Notes: generated by a model not told the origin, from the letters alone. DNA of 64,000 nucleotides from Endomicrobiales bacterium (GCA_023228045.1 JALOBY010000001.1:32966-96965), one strand, 5' to 3'. Positions 1-9,725 are shown, counted from the first letter of the stretch. Program-made: numbers and translations.

Positions 1-406
1 TAATTCGTTCCGCGTAAGTAAGCAATATGCTCTTGTACTGTTCAACTGAAAGCAATGCACCGCTTTTAGAATGCTCTGGTGTTTCAATTATCACTTCATG
101 TGCGCCAATACCGTTCATTTTGTCATACATATTTTCACCGCGAGTAAGCACCTCACCTTCTACCCTAAGAGCGGGGAACTTGTTTGGTATAACGCGAATA
201 TCCCACCCTGTTGAATTTTTATGGCGGCCAACTTTACCTACCGCGTATATTTCACTTGGGGTAAGTTTTTCGTTACCTTCACAAAACGGGCATGATTTAT
301 GATCTGTTTTTTGCGCAGGTTTTTCTTCTTGTAACGGCCTTCCCCCGCGTTCTTGCGAAATTATTACCCACCTGCCTGTTACCGGATCTTTCCTTAACTC
401 CGACAT
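1..406 (-). CDS. GalT-like HIT-superfamily nucleotidyltransferase (galactose-1-phosphate uridylyltransferase family), N-terminal part; the rest lies outside the window
   Basis: Absent from the ORF track because it is open at the window edge. My translation from the ATG at 406 reads MSELRKDPVTGRWVIISQERGGRP..SCPFCEGNE..IRVIPNKFPAL..GAHEVIIETPEH. It has the CPFC zinc motif and NKFPA motif typical of the family. A GGAGGG SD lies just upstream. Confidence 0.6.
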   Translation of the reverse strand, partial: MSELRKDPVTGRWVIISQERGGRPLQEEKPAQKTDHKSCPFCEGNEKLTPSEIYAVGKVGRHKNSTGWDIRVIPNKFPALRVEGEVLTRGENMYDKMNGIGAHEVIIETPEHSKSGALLSVEQYKSILLTYAERI

Positions 407-485
407 TTGAACCCTCCGAGAAGTTAATTAAATAAAATAAATATATGTGCTTTTGTATAATGTATAAAATTATTTAACAGAAAAA

Positions 486-1403
486 CTAAGCAATGCTTAT
501 ACTATTTAAGTATTTAATACTGTTTGAAAGTTCGTCAAATGTGGATTTAGAGTGTGCCTCAACTACCAAACAATGTTCTTTTTTTATGTAAGGCAACAAA
601 CATTTAAAGTCAAAATCACCGCTACCTGGAGCGTAATGGTCCACAATTTTGCGCAAATCGTGTAAATGAAAACCACCAATGTGCTTTGCAAGCGGAGCTA
701 TTATCTCAATATGGTTTTTGCTCCAAAGTATTCTTGAAAAAACTTCAGCATGGCCGTTATCATGCCAATAATATAAAGGAGCTCCAACAAATTTATCAAA
801 TATATCGCAGAGCTCTTGAGTGGAAGGTATTTCATGCGTGTAAAAACGGTTTTCAAGGCCGAGTGCTATGCCATTTTTAGCCGCAAAATTTGCAAGCTCG
901 TCTAAAGAACTATAAAGCCGCTCTAAATATTTACCTGCATTCGCAGCACGCCTTATGCGCAAATCTTCTAAATCTTTCAGGTACTCACGGTTTGCCCCAA
1001 AAAGTGTAAACTTTTTTAATAATTCGTGACCATCCGGAGAAGAAGGTACTTCGCCGCAGTGCACAACAACAAATTTCGCGCCAACGTGTTTGGCTGTTTC
1101 TATAGATTTTTTTGTATAAGTGATTGCATTGTAACGCTCTTGTGCATCGTCGGAGGTTAAGAGATATCCGGAGTATATTGTGCGCCCTTTTGGAAGCTCT
1201 TGAATTTTTGGGCAGTAATTATGCACACTCAAAACACTTACTTCACCACGAGTAACAGATTTTTCAATTTCACTAAGCCAAGAATCTGGTATTTCAACAT
1301 TTAGTTCAACTGCTTTAAACCCAGCTCTTTGCGTACTCTCTAAAAGTGGCTGCCAAGAAGATGCATTTTTAGCACCATATGCTGTTGAAAGCGCCAAAGT
1401 CAT
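486..1403 (-). CDS. sugar phosphate isomerase/epimerase (xylose-isomerase-like TIM barrel)
   Basis: 305 aa ORF. General TIM-barrel pattern (KAVELN.., VVVHCG, GLEN, WHDNGH), overlapping scpB by 4 nt. Confidence 0.5.
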   Translation of the reverse strand: MTLALSTAYGAKNASSWQPLLESTQRAGFKAVELNVEIPDSWLSEIEKSVTRGEVSVLSVHNYCPKIQELPKGRTIYSGYLLTSDDAQERYNAITYTKKSIETAKHVGAKFVVVHCGEVPSSPDGHELLKKFTLFGANREYLKDLEDLRIRRAANAGKYLERLYSSLDELANFAAKNGIALGLENRFYTHEIPSTQELCDIFDKFVGAPLYYWHDNGHAEVFSRILWSKNHIEIIAPLAKHIGGFHLHDLRKIVDHYAPGSGDFDFKCLLPYIKKEHCLVVEAHSKSTFDELSNSIKYLNSISIA

Positions 1404-2002
1404 TCCAACTCCAATTTTTGCTGTGTCTCTGCTTCAAGCGCTTCTTCTTGTGGCCCAAGCTCTTCCGCCGGCTCTTCTTGTGGAGCAAGTTCTTCTATAA
1501 CCGGTAATTCGCTTAAGTTGGCCAAACCAAAATGTGCCAAAAATTCTTGTGTTGTACCATAAAGCAACGGCCGGCCAAGAGTTTCTTTTCTGCCAGCAAT
1601 TTTTATTAGCTTTCTTTCAAGCAGTGTCTCTAAAACGCCTGAGGCCTCAACACCTCTTATTTCCTCTACTTCTGAGCGTGTTATCGGCTGTTTATAAGCT
1701 ATAATTGCAAGCGTTTCTACAGCGGACGGTGAAAGTTTCAGGGTAGATTTTTCTCTGTAAAGGCGGCGTACCCATGGGCTATACTCCCTGCGAGTACAAA
1801 GCTGCCAGCCACCTGCCACAAACCTAATTTCAACGGGGCTATTTCGCTCTTTTAAATTTTCACTTAGTTCTTGTACAAGAGTTTCTAAATCGTGCCCTTG
1901 CGCGGCTTCACCTAAAGCATCTTTCATTGCCACCAAAGGTAATGACTGATCTGCCACAAAAAGCAATGCTTCTATAATTTTTTTTACATCATTCTTTTCC
2001 AT
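1400..2002 (-). CDS. scpB: segregation and condensation protein B
   Basis: N-terminus IIEALLFVADQSLPL and ..AYKQPITRSEVEEIRGV.. are typical ScpB. It lies directly downstream of scpA. Confidence 0.85.
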   Translation of the reverse strand: MEKNDVKKIIEALLFVADQSLPLVAMKDALGEAAQGHDLETLVQELSENLKERNSPVEIRFVAGGWQLCTRREYSPWVRRLYREKSTLKLSPSAVETLAIIAYKQPITRSEVEEIRGVEASGVLETLLERKLIKIAGRKETLGRPLLYGTTQEFLAHFGLANLSELPVIEELAPQEEPAEELGPQEEALEAETQQKLELE

Positions 2003-2005
2003 ATT

Positions 2006-2797
2006 TTAATTACCTTCTTCTTTCGGCTTCTCTAAGAAGCCATTAGTTTCTTGTACCTTATCGGCATCGCTTAGCGGATCTATAAGCTTTAATTGATTCT
2101 CGTTTTCACTTAGCGCATATATTCTTATTTCACCGAAAATATCTTTTTGGCGCACAGCAATTTGTTTAAGACGTATTAATTCAAGTAATGCCAAAAAACA
2201 TAAAATTAAACCGCGGCGGTTTTTTTCTAAACACAATAAATCGTCAAATGTTATAAATTGTTTTTCTTCTAAAATGTCAAGTATATCTCGTATCTTTTTT
2301 TCAATTGGTATTTCTTCGTAAATAACTTCTTTTACTTCACCTGAAGGAAGGTCAGATAGCACGCGTTTAAAGTTTTCTATCAAATCAAATAGCGAAACAT
2401 CCAGCACAAAATCTTCTTTGTTTACAAGCGGTGTGCTGCGGTAAAAATAATCGGCGTTGCGAACCTCACTATCAGACAGAGTACCAGCAACTTCTTTGAA
2501 CTTTTGATACTCAAGCAACCGGGCTTTAAAATCTTCCAACGGGTCGGGCCCTTCTTCTTCCCCTTCTTCCTGCGGTAAAAGCATTTTCGCTTTTATTTGC
2601 ATAAGCGTAGCTGCCATTACCAAAAACTCACCGGCAATTTCTAAATTCAGCTCTTGCATAACATCAAGATATTTAAGATACTCCTCCGTAATGTCGGCGA
2701 TTGGTATTTGGGCAATTTCCATATCGCTTTTTTTAATAAGATGTAAAAGCAAATCAAGCGGCCCTTCAAAAACATCAAGATTGATTGAGTAAACCAT
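2006..2797 (-). CDS. scpA: segregation and condensation protein A
   Basis: FEGPLDLLLHLIKK motif at the N-terminus, ScpA length, adjacent to scpB. Confidence 0.85.
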   Translation of the reverse strand: MVYSINLDVFEGPLDLLLHLIKKSDMEIAQIPIADITEEYLKYLDVMQELNLEIAGEFLVMAATLMQIKAKMLLPQEEGEEEGPDPLEDFKARLLEYQKFKEVAGTLSDSEVRNADYFYRSTPLVNKEDFVLDVSLFDLIENFKRVLSDLPSGEVKEVIYEEIPIEKKIRDILDILEEKQFITFDDLLCLEKNRRGLILCFLALLELIRLKQIAVRQKDIFGEIRIYALSENENQLKLIDPLSDADKVQETNGFLEKPKEEGN

Positions 2798-2800
2798 AAT

Positions 2801-3781
2801 TTATTTTAAATGTACGGCTTTGCGCACTTCTTCCATTGTTTGAAAAGCAAGTTCTTTCGCAGATTTTGCACCTGCCTCAAGCACGTTTTCAACAAGACCT
2901 TTCTGCCCTTTTAATTCTTCTCTTTTTTGCGCCAAGGGTAAAAGTGCCGCGCAAAGCAGTTCAATAAGCATTTTTTTGCACTGTACGCAGCCGGTTTGCC
3001 CCTTTTTGCAAGCATTTTCTATCTGTGAAAAGTTTGTATTATAAAGTTTATGAAACGCAAATACCACACAACCATCCGGGTGGCCTTGGTCATTTGCACG
3101 AATTTTTTGCGGGTCAGTAAACATTTGCATAACTTTTTGTTTTATGGTTTCTGGCTTTTCATCCAGCGTAATTGCATTGCCATACGACTTTGACATTTTG
3201 CGGCCATCCAAGCCAGGAACCCTTTTTGATGGCGTTAGTAATGCCTGCGGCTCAGGAAAAACATCGCCGTAAAGGCCATTAAAACGACGGACAATTTCGC
3301 GTGTTAGTTCAAGGTGTGCAAGCTGGTCTTCGCCAACCGGAACCACATTCGCCTTGTAAATTAAAATATCCGCAGCTTGCAAAACCGGGTAACCAAGAAA
3401 CCCAAAGTTGTGCAGGTCTTTATCTTTAAGTTCGCCAAGCTGTTCTTTGTAAGTTGGGCAACGGAAAAGCCAACCTAATGGTGTTATCATACCAAGCAAT
3501 AAATTTAATTCGGCGTGTTCTGGTACTTCCGATTGGCGAAATATTACAGCTTTTTTAGGGTCTATTCCGCAGGCAAGCCAGTCAAGAACCATCTCTTTTG
3601 AGTTTGGCAAGATATTTTTTGTGTTCGCGTAGTCGGTGGTAAGGGCGTGCCAGTCGGCAACCATATAGCAACATTGATATTCGTTTTGCATAGCAACCCA
3701 ATTGTCTATTGCTCCAAAAAGATGGCCCAAATGCAGTTTGCCCGTCGGGCGCATACCGGAAAGAACTCGTTTTTTGTTCAT
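2801..3781 (-). CDS. trpS: tryptophan--tRNA ligase
   Basis: Class I signatures PTGKLHLGHL (HIGH-like) and KMSKS. 326 aa. Confidence 0.9.
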   Translation of the reverse strand: MNKKRVLSGMRPTGKLHLGHLFGAIDNWVAMQNEYQCCYMVADWHALTTDYANTKNILPNSKEMVLDWLACGIDPKKAVIFRQSEVPEHAELNLLLGMITPLGWLFRCPTYKEQLGELKDKDLHNFGFLGYPVLQAADILIYKANVVPVGEDQLAHLELTREIVRRFNGLYGDVFPEPQALLTPSKRVPGLDGRKMSKSYGNAITLDEKPETIKQKVMQMFTDPQKIRANDQGHPDGCVVFAFHKLYNTNFSQIENACKKGQTGCVQCKKMLIELLCAALLPLAQKREELKGQKGLVENVLEAGAKSAKELAFQTMEEVRKAVHLK

Positions 3782-4416
3782 AAGCTATAAGCCCCACCTG
3801 TTAAAATATTGATAATAAAAGCTATCAATGGCATAAAAACCCTTGAAAAAATACCAGAGAAAAACAATATAATAACTAGAATTATACCATATGTTTCAAA
3901 CTGCCTAAAATGCATTCTTACAGAGTGTGGTAAGAAATTTTCTAACACCTTACTACCGTCAAGAGGAGGTATTGGTATTAAATTTAAAATAAACAAGAAT
4001 ACATTTATAAAGATGATTATAAACGCAAACTGATATGCTGCCACACCAAATGCAGAATGCATTAAACCAGTGCTTTTTAGAAAATATAATGTTAGTGAGC
4101 CAATAAGTGCTAAGCACACATTTGAGAACGGGCCCGCAAGAGAAACGGTTATTAAACCTAACTTATAATTGCGAAACATCGAAGGATTAATTGGCACTGG
4201 CTTTGCCCAGCCAATAAACATAGAACTGCCTGAAAGCAAAAAAGCCAATGGCAGAATTATTGTTCCAAATAGGTCAATATGAGGAATTGGGTTTAAAGTA
4301 ATGCGACCATACGCCTTTGCGGTATTGTCGCCATTTAAACTTGCAACCCAGCCATGCGCAACTTCATGCACAATTACAGAAAACATTAAAACAACAAGTT
4401 GAACGATTAATGGCAT
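3778..4416 (-). CDS. site-2 protease family (peptidase M50) membrane protein
   Basis: HEVAHG (HExxH) in the first TM helix. Multi-TM, 212 aa. Confidence 0.7.
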   Translation of the reverse strand: MPLIVQLVVLMFSVIVHEVAHGWVASLNGDNTAKAYGRITLNPIPHIDLFGTIILPLAFLLSGSSMFIGWAKPVPINPSMFRNYKLGLITVSLAGPFSNVCLALIGSLTLYFLKSTGLMHSAFGVAAYQFAFIIIFINVFLFILNLIPIPPLDGSKVLENFLPHSVRMHFRQFETYGIILVIILFFSGIFSRVFMPLIAFIINILTGGAYSL

Positions 4417-4457
4417 AATTAAAATATTATTGAATTAACAAGTGAATTTTGAGTGTA

Positions 4458-4486
4458 ATTTTAATTCATTTACCGTATATTGTCAA
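4458..4486 (-). promoter_or_regulatory. sigma70-type promoter for the M50 protease-trpS-scpAB operon
   Basis: Minus strand TTGACA (4486-4481) - 17 nt - TAAAAT (4463-4458), about 35 nt upstream of the 4416 start. Confidence 0.5.
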
Positions 4487-4539
4487 TTATTTGTTAAGCA
4501 AAAGGCGCATGCGCAAACTTTGAAACTTAAACTTACAAA

Positions 4540-5568
4540 CTATTGACAAAAATTAGTTTTAACAAACTTTATAGCTTCCTTTTTTATTTTAATTTTTCTT
4601 TTTAATAATTCAGAAAAGATTTGTTTGTACAAAGGCCCTGGTTTTATATTAAGTTTTTTAAGATCTTCACCGTTTAGCACAGAGATATTTTTAGTTTTTT
4701 TAAGTGTCACGAGTAAATTTGCCATTTCTTTTTTTGAAAAGCAAAGTCCTCGCAAAAACTTTTCACCTTTTTGTAAACCGATAGCATTTATAAGCAAATA
4801 AAGCCTTTCATTTGTATCTTTACCGCGATTTAGAAAATTAAAGTTTTTTATAACTGCAACATCAGCAGAAAATTTTGAAATTGCGCCAATGTGTGAAAGT
4901 AAACTAAACGCATACCCCGAATTTTTTTCTTCAAGTAATGCAAGCAATTCGTTTTTTATTCTTTGCGGTGATATGTTTTTAATAAATATACTGTGTTTTT
5001 TTGCAAGGCTTAGGGTACTTTTCTCAACAAAGAAACCGCGCGAGGCAAACCGCGCCAAGCGAAATATTCTTGTAGGATCATCTCGAAAACTTAAAGCGTG
5101 CAAAACCTGCAGTATTTTTTTTCTTACCGCAAGTGCGCCACCAAATGGGTCTATTATTTTCCCAAAATTTATCGGGTTTAAGCTAATGGCCATTGCATTT
5201 AAAGAAAAATCCCTTCTTGAAAGGTCGGCTTCTATGCTGCAAAACTCAACATCAGGCAATGCCCCAGGTTTTGCGTAAGTTTCACTACGAGCAGTTGCAA
5301 AATCAATGTGCGAGTTATCTGGAAGTATTAGCACAAAAGTTCCAAAGCGCTTATGAGAAACAACTTTCGCGTTAAGTGTTCTTGAAAACTCATTAATAAA
5401 TTTTGCCACATTGCCTTCTATGGCAATATCTAAATCGAATAATTGCTTTCCACAAAGCAGGTCGCGCACAGGGCCACCAACCAGGTATGCGCGCACACCA
5501 TTTTTTTGAGCTATCAAACCTATGGTTTTAAGTTGACTTTTAAACTTTGGGTTTATTTTAATTTTCAT
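4540..5568 (-). CDS. tRNA nucleotidyltransferase / poly(A) polymerase family protein (CCA-adding-like head domain, no obvious HD domain)
   Basis: GGPVRDLLCGK..DLDIAIEG nucleotidyltransferase motif and RRDFSLNAMA motif. Only 342 aa. Confidence 0.75.
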   Translation of the reverse strand: MKIKINPKFKSQLKTIGLIAQKNGVRAYLVGGPVRDLLCGKQLFDLDIAIEGNVAKFINEFSRTLNAKVVSHKRFGTFVLILPDNSHIDFATARSETYAKPGALPDVEFCSIEADLSRRDFSLNAMAISLNPINFGKIIDPFGGALAVRKKILQVLHALSFRDDPTRIFRLARFASRGFFVEKSTLSLAKKHSIFIKNISPQRIKNELLALLEEKNSGYAFSLLSHIGAISKFSADVAVIKNFNFLNRGKDTNERLYLLINAIGLQKGEKFLRGLCFSKKEMANLLVTLKKTKNISVLNGEDLKKLNIKPGPLYKQIFSELLKRKIKIKKEAIKFVKTNFCQ

Positions 5569-5881
5569 CTTTCTTTTTATTGCGATGCATTAACCAAATT
5601 GAAATTGGAATCGCCAAAATACCGGCAACACCTACATAATATATAATCGGGTACTCTTTGCCATATTGCTTAAATAAGGCAACACCCTTTGGGCCGGCAA
5701 GAGCGACACCTGCGGCAAGTAAACCCCATGAAAAAGCGTATATTGCAGTTGCAAAAGCATAGTATTTTTTTTTACCTGTTTTTTTTGCAAGATACGAAAA
5801 TAAAATAACACCAACCCAGCCGATAGGTGCGTTTATTATTAACAAAACTACGCCTGTATAAAACCAAAAGTCTGTATTCAT
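5558..5881 (-). CDS. small integral membrane protein (3 predicted TM segments), unknown function
   Basis: 107 aa hydrophobic ORF with a Lys-rich C-terminus. It overlaps the downstream gene by 11 nt and is preceded by a 325-nt structured leader. Confidence 0.4.
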   Translation of the reverse strand: MNTDFWFYTGVVLLIINAPIGWVGVILFSYLAKKTGKKKYYAFATAIYAFSWGLLAAGVALAGPKGVALFKQYGKEYPIIYYVGVAGILAIPISIWLMHRNKKKDEN

Positions 5882-5895
5882 TGTTTATTATGTTT

Positions 5896-6250
5896 CCTAA
5901 TATCGCGTCTCGCCTGTAGGCGGACTTAGTATTTAAACCATAGAATTTGCAATAGATTGCTAGATTCGACGGACGATGACGGTCTTTTCCTTCCTCAAAA
6001 AGCTCGCCCGATGTTCATACATCATTCTTGCTTTTTGAGTTGTAAAACCCACGACCTCGCCCGTCTCGTTCCTAACACCTATTGCAAGGTCTATGGTTGC
6101 TTCGTTCATACTTGGTTTGGCTAAGATGATTTCGCCAAACCGCTAACAATGGAAAACCTTAGGTTTTCCCGTTTCGTCGGGAGTTTACCCTGAGCTTGCC
6201 GAAGGGCTCAAGTACCCTTCCGTTCGCTGAACCCTTTCCTAAGTTGTAAC
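5896..6250 (-). repeat. L-family GC-rich multi-hairpin leader element, copy A (carries a nested X-family hairpin)
   Basis: Its 5' end (minus strand GTTACAACTTAGGAAAGGGTTCAGCGA), its hairpins GGGAAAACC/GGTTTTCC and GGTTTGGC/GCCAAACC, and its 3' module TAAGTCCGCC..GGCGAGACGCGATATTAGGAAAC match the copy at 50522-50687. Confidence 0.7.
5938..6096. repeat. X-family long imperfect hairpin, divergent copy nested in L copy A
   Basis: Terminal inverted repeats CCATAGAATTTGCAATAGA / (rc) CCATAGACCTTGCAATAGG. The arms are complementary along their whole length (both carry CTCAAAAAGC), with the apex at GATGT-TCAT-ACATC. The ends resemble the 38749 and 57141 copies (..TTGCAATAGG, ..GATTCGACGG vs GAATTCGTCAA). 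Confidence 0.6.
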
Positions 6251-6909
6251 CGAATATTTTTCTTTATTTTACTTTGATCAAAATTCCAATTTGTATCCAT
6301 CTCTATTTTACTAAGTGTTTTTCTGTAGTTTTCAAGGTTTGGGTTTTTATCAAGAAGTGTTTTTATACCATCTATAACAGATGTTCTTTGCAATACACTT
6401 TTAGTGTTTTTTAACGGTAACAAAGGTACAATTTTATTTTCTCTTGCATATGCCCATGAAAGCTCAATTGTACTAACACCTATTTCATCCGCATAGTAGC
6501 GCAAAATTTCTGTTTCATCTTTTATATCATCTTCCAAGCGCACTATTTCAACAAGTGAGTCAAGACCAAAAATTAAAATTGGCTCGTAGTTTATTTTGTT
6601 TTCCTCATCTATAGCACCCACAGCTTGCTCAAAAGTGCCACGCATATTCAATGCAAGCCTTTGAGCATTATCCTTAAAGCTTTCAGGGTAAACAAATGCA
6701 ACAAGCTCTCTTGCGCTTTCCTGATAAAATAAAAATTGCTCGGCATAAAAAATACTTTTACAATTAGGGCACTGTACAATGTTTATTTCGCCGCACAAAA
6801 GCGCATCTTTTAGCTCAGGATTCTCTCCAACACAAATAGAGTTTAAAAGTTCTACTTCAAACTCATGACCACAGGCACACTTAACACTTTCCAACTTTGC
6901 AAACGACAT
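6208..6909 (-). CDS. CpXC-type zinc-ribbon domain protein
   Basis: CACG..(N)..CPNC cysteine pairs in the N-terminal 50 aa. The last ~14 codons (LQLRKGFSERKGT) are encoded by the repeated L element, so the native C-terminus is uncertain. Confidence 0.5.
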   Translation of the reverse strand: MSFAKLESVKCACGHEFEVELLNSICVGENPELKDALLCGEINIVQCPNCKSIFYAEQFLFYQESARELVAFVYPESFKDNAQRLALNMRGTFEQAVGAIDEENKINYEPILIFGLDSLVEIVRLEDDIKDETEILRYYADEIGVSTIELSWAYARENKIVPLLPLKNTKSVLQRTSVIDGIKTLLDKNPNLENYRKTLSKIEMDTNWNFDQSKIKKNIRLQLRKGFSERKGT

Positions 6910-7045
6910 ATTTTCTCCATTTTGCGGCAGTACTTATTCTTATTAATTATTAAAAATAACTTTAGGTTGTTATTTAAACAAATTGCACTGTAATTTTCAA
7001 GAAAAAAAAGGCAACTTCCCATGCAACACATATAAACTATCAAAC

Positions 7046-7927
7046 TTATCCTCTTGGGTGAAACTTTTTGTGCAGTTCCTTTATATGGTCTTTGTCTATA
7101 TGAGTATAAATTTGTGTGGTTGTTATAGAGCTGTGCCCAAGCATTTCTTGCACATAGCGCAAATCGGCCCCACCAGCAAGCATATGCGAAGCGAAAGAAT
7201 GGCGTAACATATGAGGCGTTATGTTTTTTTGTATATCAGCTTTTTTAGCAGCATTTTTTAGTTGTCGCCAAAATTCAATACGAGATATTTTTTTGCAAAA
7301 CTTACTTAAAAAAAGCCCCCGCTCCATAGAAACATTTTTTTTCTTATCTCTGAAAAGCATATACTTTGCAACCCAATAAAGCGCAGTTTTGCCAACAGGT
7401 ATTATTCTTTCCTTATTACCCTTTCCAACTACTCTTAAAAAACCAAGATCGGTATCTAAATTGTTAACATCTAAGCCAACAAGTTCTGATACCCTAAGAC
7501 CGCTAGCATACATTAGTTCAAGCATTGCGCGGTTTCGCACAGAAAGCTCTTTTTCACCACAGAAAACATTAAGCAACCTTTCTACCTCTGAAACACTAAG
7601 TTTATTTGGTAATTTAGATGGTATTTTTGGCGCAAGCAAATTGGTGCTTGGGTTTGAACTTATTATACCATCTGCAGTCAGAAACTTAAAAAAGTGACGC
7701 AAAGTTTCCATTAAACGATATATTGAACGCGGGCCTAAGCCAGAAAGCTTTCTTTGCCAGAGATATTCAGTAAGATCTTTGTGTGTTAATGTTTCGGGAG
7801 TTTTTGAAAGGTTAATAAGATAAGCACTTAAATTTTTAAGGTCTGATCCGTAAGCATCAAGTGTGTTTTTAGCAAGCCCTTTTTCGGCTAACAAATAATT
7901 TAAAAAATTCTTTATGTGTTCTTGCAT
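7046..7927 (-). CDS. xerD: site-specific tyrosine recombinase XerD-like
   Basis: C-terminal HMLRHSFASHML..GADLRYVQEMLGHSSITTTQIYTH catalytic box. The N-terminal NTLDAYGSDL resembles XerD more than XerC. Confidence 0.8.
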   Translation of the reverse strand: MQEHIKNFLNYLLAEKGLAKNTLDAYGSDLKNLSAYLINLSKTPETLTHKDLTEYLWQRKLSGLGPRSIYRLMETLRHFFKFLTADGIISSNPSTNLLAPKIPSKLPNKLSVSEVERLLNVFCGEKELSVRNRAMLELMYASGLRVSELVGLDVNNLDTDLGFLRVVGKGNKERIIPVGKTALYWVAKYMLFRDKKKNVSMERGLFLSKFCKKISRIEFWRQLKNAAKKADIQKNITPHMLRHSFASHMLAGGADLRYVQEMLGHSSITTTQIYTHIDKDHIKELHKKFHPRG

Positions 7928-8004
7928 TTTACCCAGATCTTTAAACTAAAATTATAGCCGTTTTATCCAGTTGATGTGTGTTAAACCATAACATAAATAT
8001 TTGT

Positions 8005-8628
8005 TTAACAAAGGTATGGGTTATGCTTCTTTTCATGCATAAGCACACAAGCTTTGCCATGGCCCGGGAGTATTGTTGTATTTTCTGGAAGGTCTAAGTA
8101 TTTTTTCAGTGAGTTCATTAACACATACTCATTGCCACCCTGTAAATCTGTTCTGCCAACAGCGCCACAAAAAAGTGTATCACCGCTAAAAAGAATGTTC
8201 TCACACACTAATGATATGCCACCTTCTGTGTGCCCGGGAGTTGCAATTATCTTTAACGAGAGGTTTCCCACATTTAAAATATCACCATCAGAAAGCAAAA
8301 TATCTGCCGGCATTGAAACAATTGGGTTTTCAATTGATGCTGAAAGGTTTTTTTGCGGGTCTAATAAATTCGGTGCTTCTGATTTATGTATGCAAATTTT
8401 CGCGTTATACTTTTGTGCAATGATTGTGTTTGCACCTATATGATCGCCGTGCGAGTGGGTGTTTATTATGTAGATTGGTTTTGCCCCTAAAGAATCTATT
8501 TCTGCAATAATTTTTTGGGCCTCGCCGCCAGGGTCTATTACGCAAGCAAGATTAGTATCTTTATCAACCAAAATGTAACAGTTTGTTTCTAAATATCCAA
8601 CAATTATTGTTTTTAAAATATAGCTCAT
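8005..8628 (-). CDS. MBL-fold metallo-hydrolase (glyoxalase II-like)
   Basis: HSHGDH metal-binding motif. 207 aa. Confidence 0.8.
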   Translation of the reverse strand: MSYILKTIIVGYLETNCYILVDKDTNLACVIDPGGEAQKIIAEIDSLGAKPIYIINTHSHGDHIGANTIIAQKYNAKICIHKSEAPNLLDPQKNLSASIENPIVSMPADILLSDGDILNVGNLSLKIIATPGHTEGGISLVCENILFSGDTLFCGAVGRTDLQGGNEYVLMNSLKKYLDLPENTTILPGHGKACVLMHEKKHNPYLC

Positions 8629-8634
8629 GGCACC

Positions 8635-9093
8635 TTAAAAAAACCAATGCCATATATTTAATATGGCACAAACTAAAATGCCTGCGGCAATATCATCAGC
8701 AACTACTCCAACACCACCGTTTATTGTCTGCAGTTTCTTTATACCAAAAGGTTTTTTTATATCAAAAAACCTAAACATTACAAATGCCAACACACCAAAA
8801 AACAAACTTTTTGGCAAAAACAAAACACTTACAAAAAAACCGGCAAACTCATCAATTACTATTCTTTGGTCATCTTTTATTTTAAAAATTGCTTCACAGT
8901 GCCAACTAACACTTATTGCAAGCAAAGCAACAAATACAGTTAGATAAAACGATGAAATATTATTTGTTGGAAACAAGAAATACCAAATAAAAAATGCCAC
9001 AACTGTGCCAGAAGTGCCCGGCAAGCGCGGCAAATAACCACTACCAAACCCCGTTCCTAACACAAGCATAAAATTATCAATTAATTTCTTCAT
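8635..9093 (-). CDS. pgpA: phosphatidylglycerophosphatase A
   Basis: GTGFGSGYLPRLPGTSGT N-terminal motif with a membrane profile. Adjacent to pgsA. Confidence 0.8.
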   Translation of the reverse strand: MKKLIDNFMLVLGTGFGSGYLPRLPGTSGTVVAFFIWYFLFPTNNISSFYLTVFVALLAISVSWHCEAIFKIKDDQRIVIDEFAGFFVSVLFLPKSLFFGVLAFVMFRFFDIKKPFGIKKLQTINGGVGVVADDIAAGILVCAILNIWHWFF

Positions 9094-9725
9094 TGCTTAA
9101 GCAGTTCCTTGTGGGCATACATATACGCAACACCGGAACTTATTGTTGTAACAGTTGTTACAAAGGTTATCCAATATGGGGCTTTCAATAAAAACCATGC
9201 AAGTATAGGGCCAATTCCAAAGTGCGCAAACAAAGCTTGCGGCATTATGTGATAGTATTCCCAAAGAGCTGATTTAATAATTAAAATGACAATAATTGTT
9301 ACTATGCAAACAACCTGCGATGTGGTTTTAAACTTGCCAGATGTTTTTGCCGGAATAATAATATTTTGCGTGGCCGCGATTGAACGCAAACCTGTTATAA
9401 TAAACTCTCTGGAAATTATAAGAATTACCATCCATGCCGGAACATTTAAATCCCTCATACCAACAAAAGATATTAAGGCGGCAGAAATTATTAACTTATC
9501 TGCCAGCGGGTCTAAAAATATGCCAAGAGTGGTTACAGTGTTTTGCCTGCGGGCAATTCTTCCATCATAAATATCTGTAATAGTTGCAATTGAAAAAATA
9601 AATAAGGCCAACACACGAGTTGTAAAATCGTTTATATAAAGAAATAAAATTAAAAATGGCACCAAAAAAATTCTAAGCAGTGTAAGTTTGTTTGCAAGGT
9701 TCATTGTTTTACTCATTAATGACAA
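9090..9725 (-). CDS. pgsA: CDP-diacylglycerol--glycerol-3-phosphate 3-phosphatidyltransferase
   Basis: CDP-alcohol phosphatidyltransferase motif DGRIARR..LGIFLDPLADK. Confidence 0.85.
   Translation of the reverse strand: MSLMSKTMNLANKLTLLRIFLVPFLILFLYINDFTTRVLALFIFSIATITDIYDGRIARRQNTVTTLGIFLDPLADKLIISAALISFVGMRDLNVPAWMVILIISREFIITGLRSIAATQNIIIPAKTSGKFKTTSQVVCIVTIIVILIIKSALWEYYHIMPQALFAHFGIGPILAWFLLKAPYWITFVTTVTTISSGVAYMYAHKELLKQ

Noticed and set aside
27-302. Plus-strand 91-aa ORF at the window start.
   Set aside because: It is antisense to the GalT-like gene, whose N-terminus (SD, ATG at 406, CPFC/NKFPA motifs) is clearly readable on the minus strand.
4505-4514. GCGCATGCGC palindrome followed by CTTTTG after the CCA-enzyme gene, considered as a terminator.
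   Set aside because: A 10-nt palindrome can form only a 3-4 bp stem with a minimal loop. That is too weak to call a terminator without data.
5882-6207. Possible tmRNA (ssrA) in the GC-rich 325-nt spacer, because of its size, its structure and a TCGAATC-like stretch.
   Set aside because: There is no tRNA-like acceptor pairing (no 5' GGGG.. with a 3' ..CCACCA end), no T-loop GGTTCGAATCC and no tag reading frame. The region is instead explained by the repeated L and X elements.
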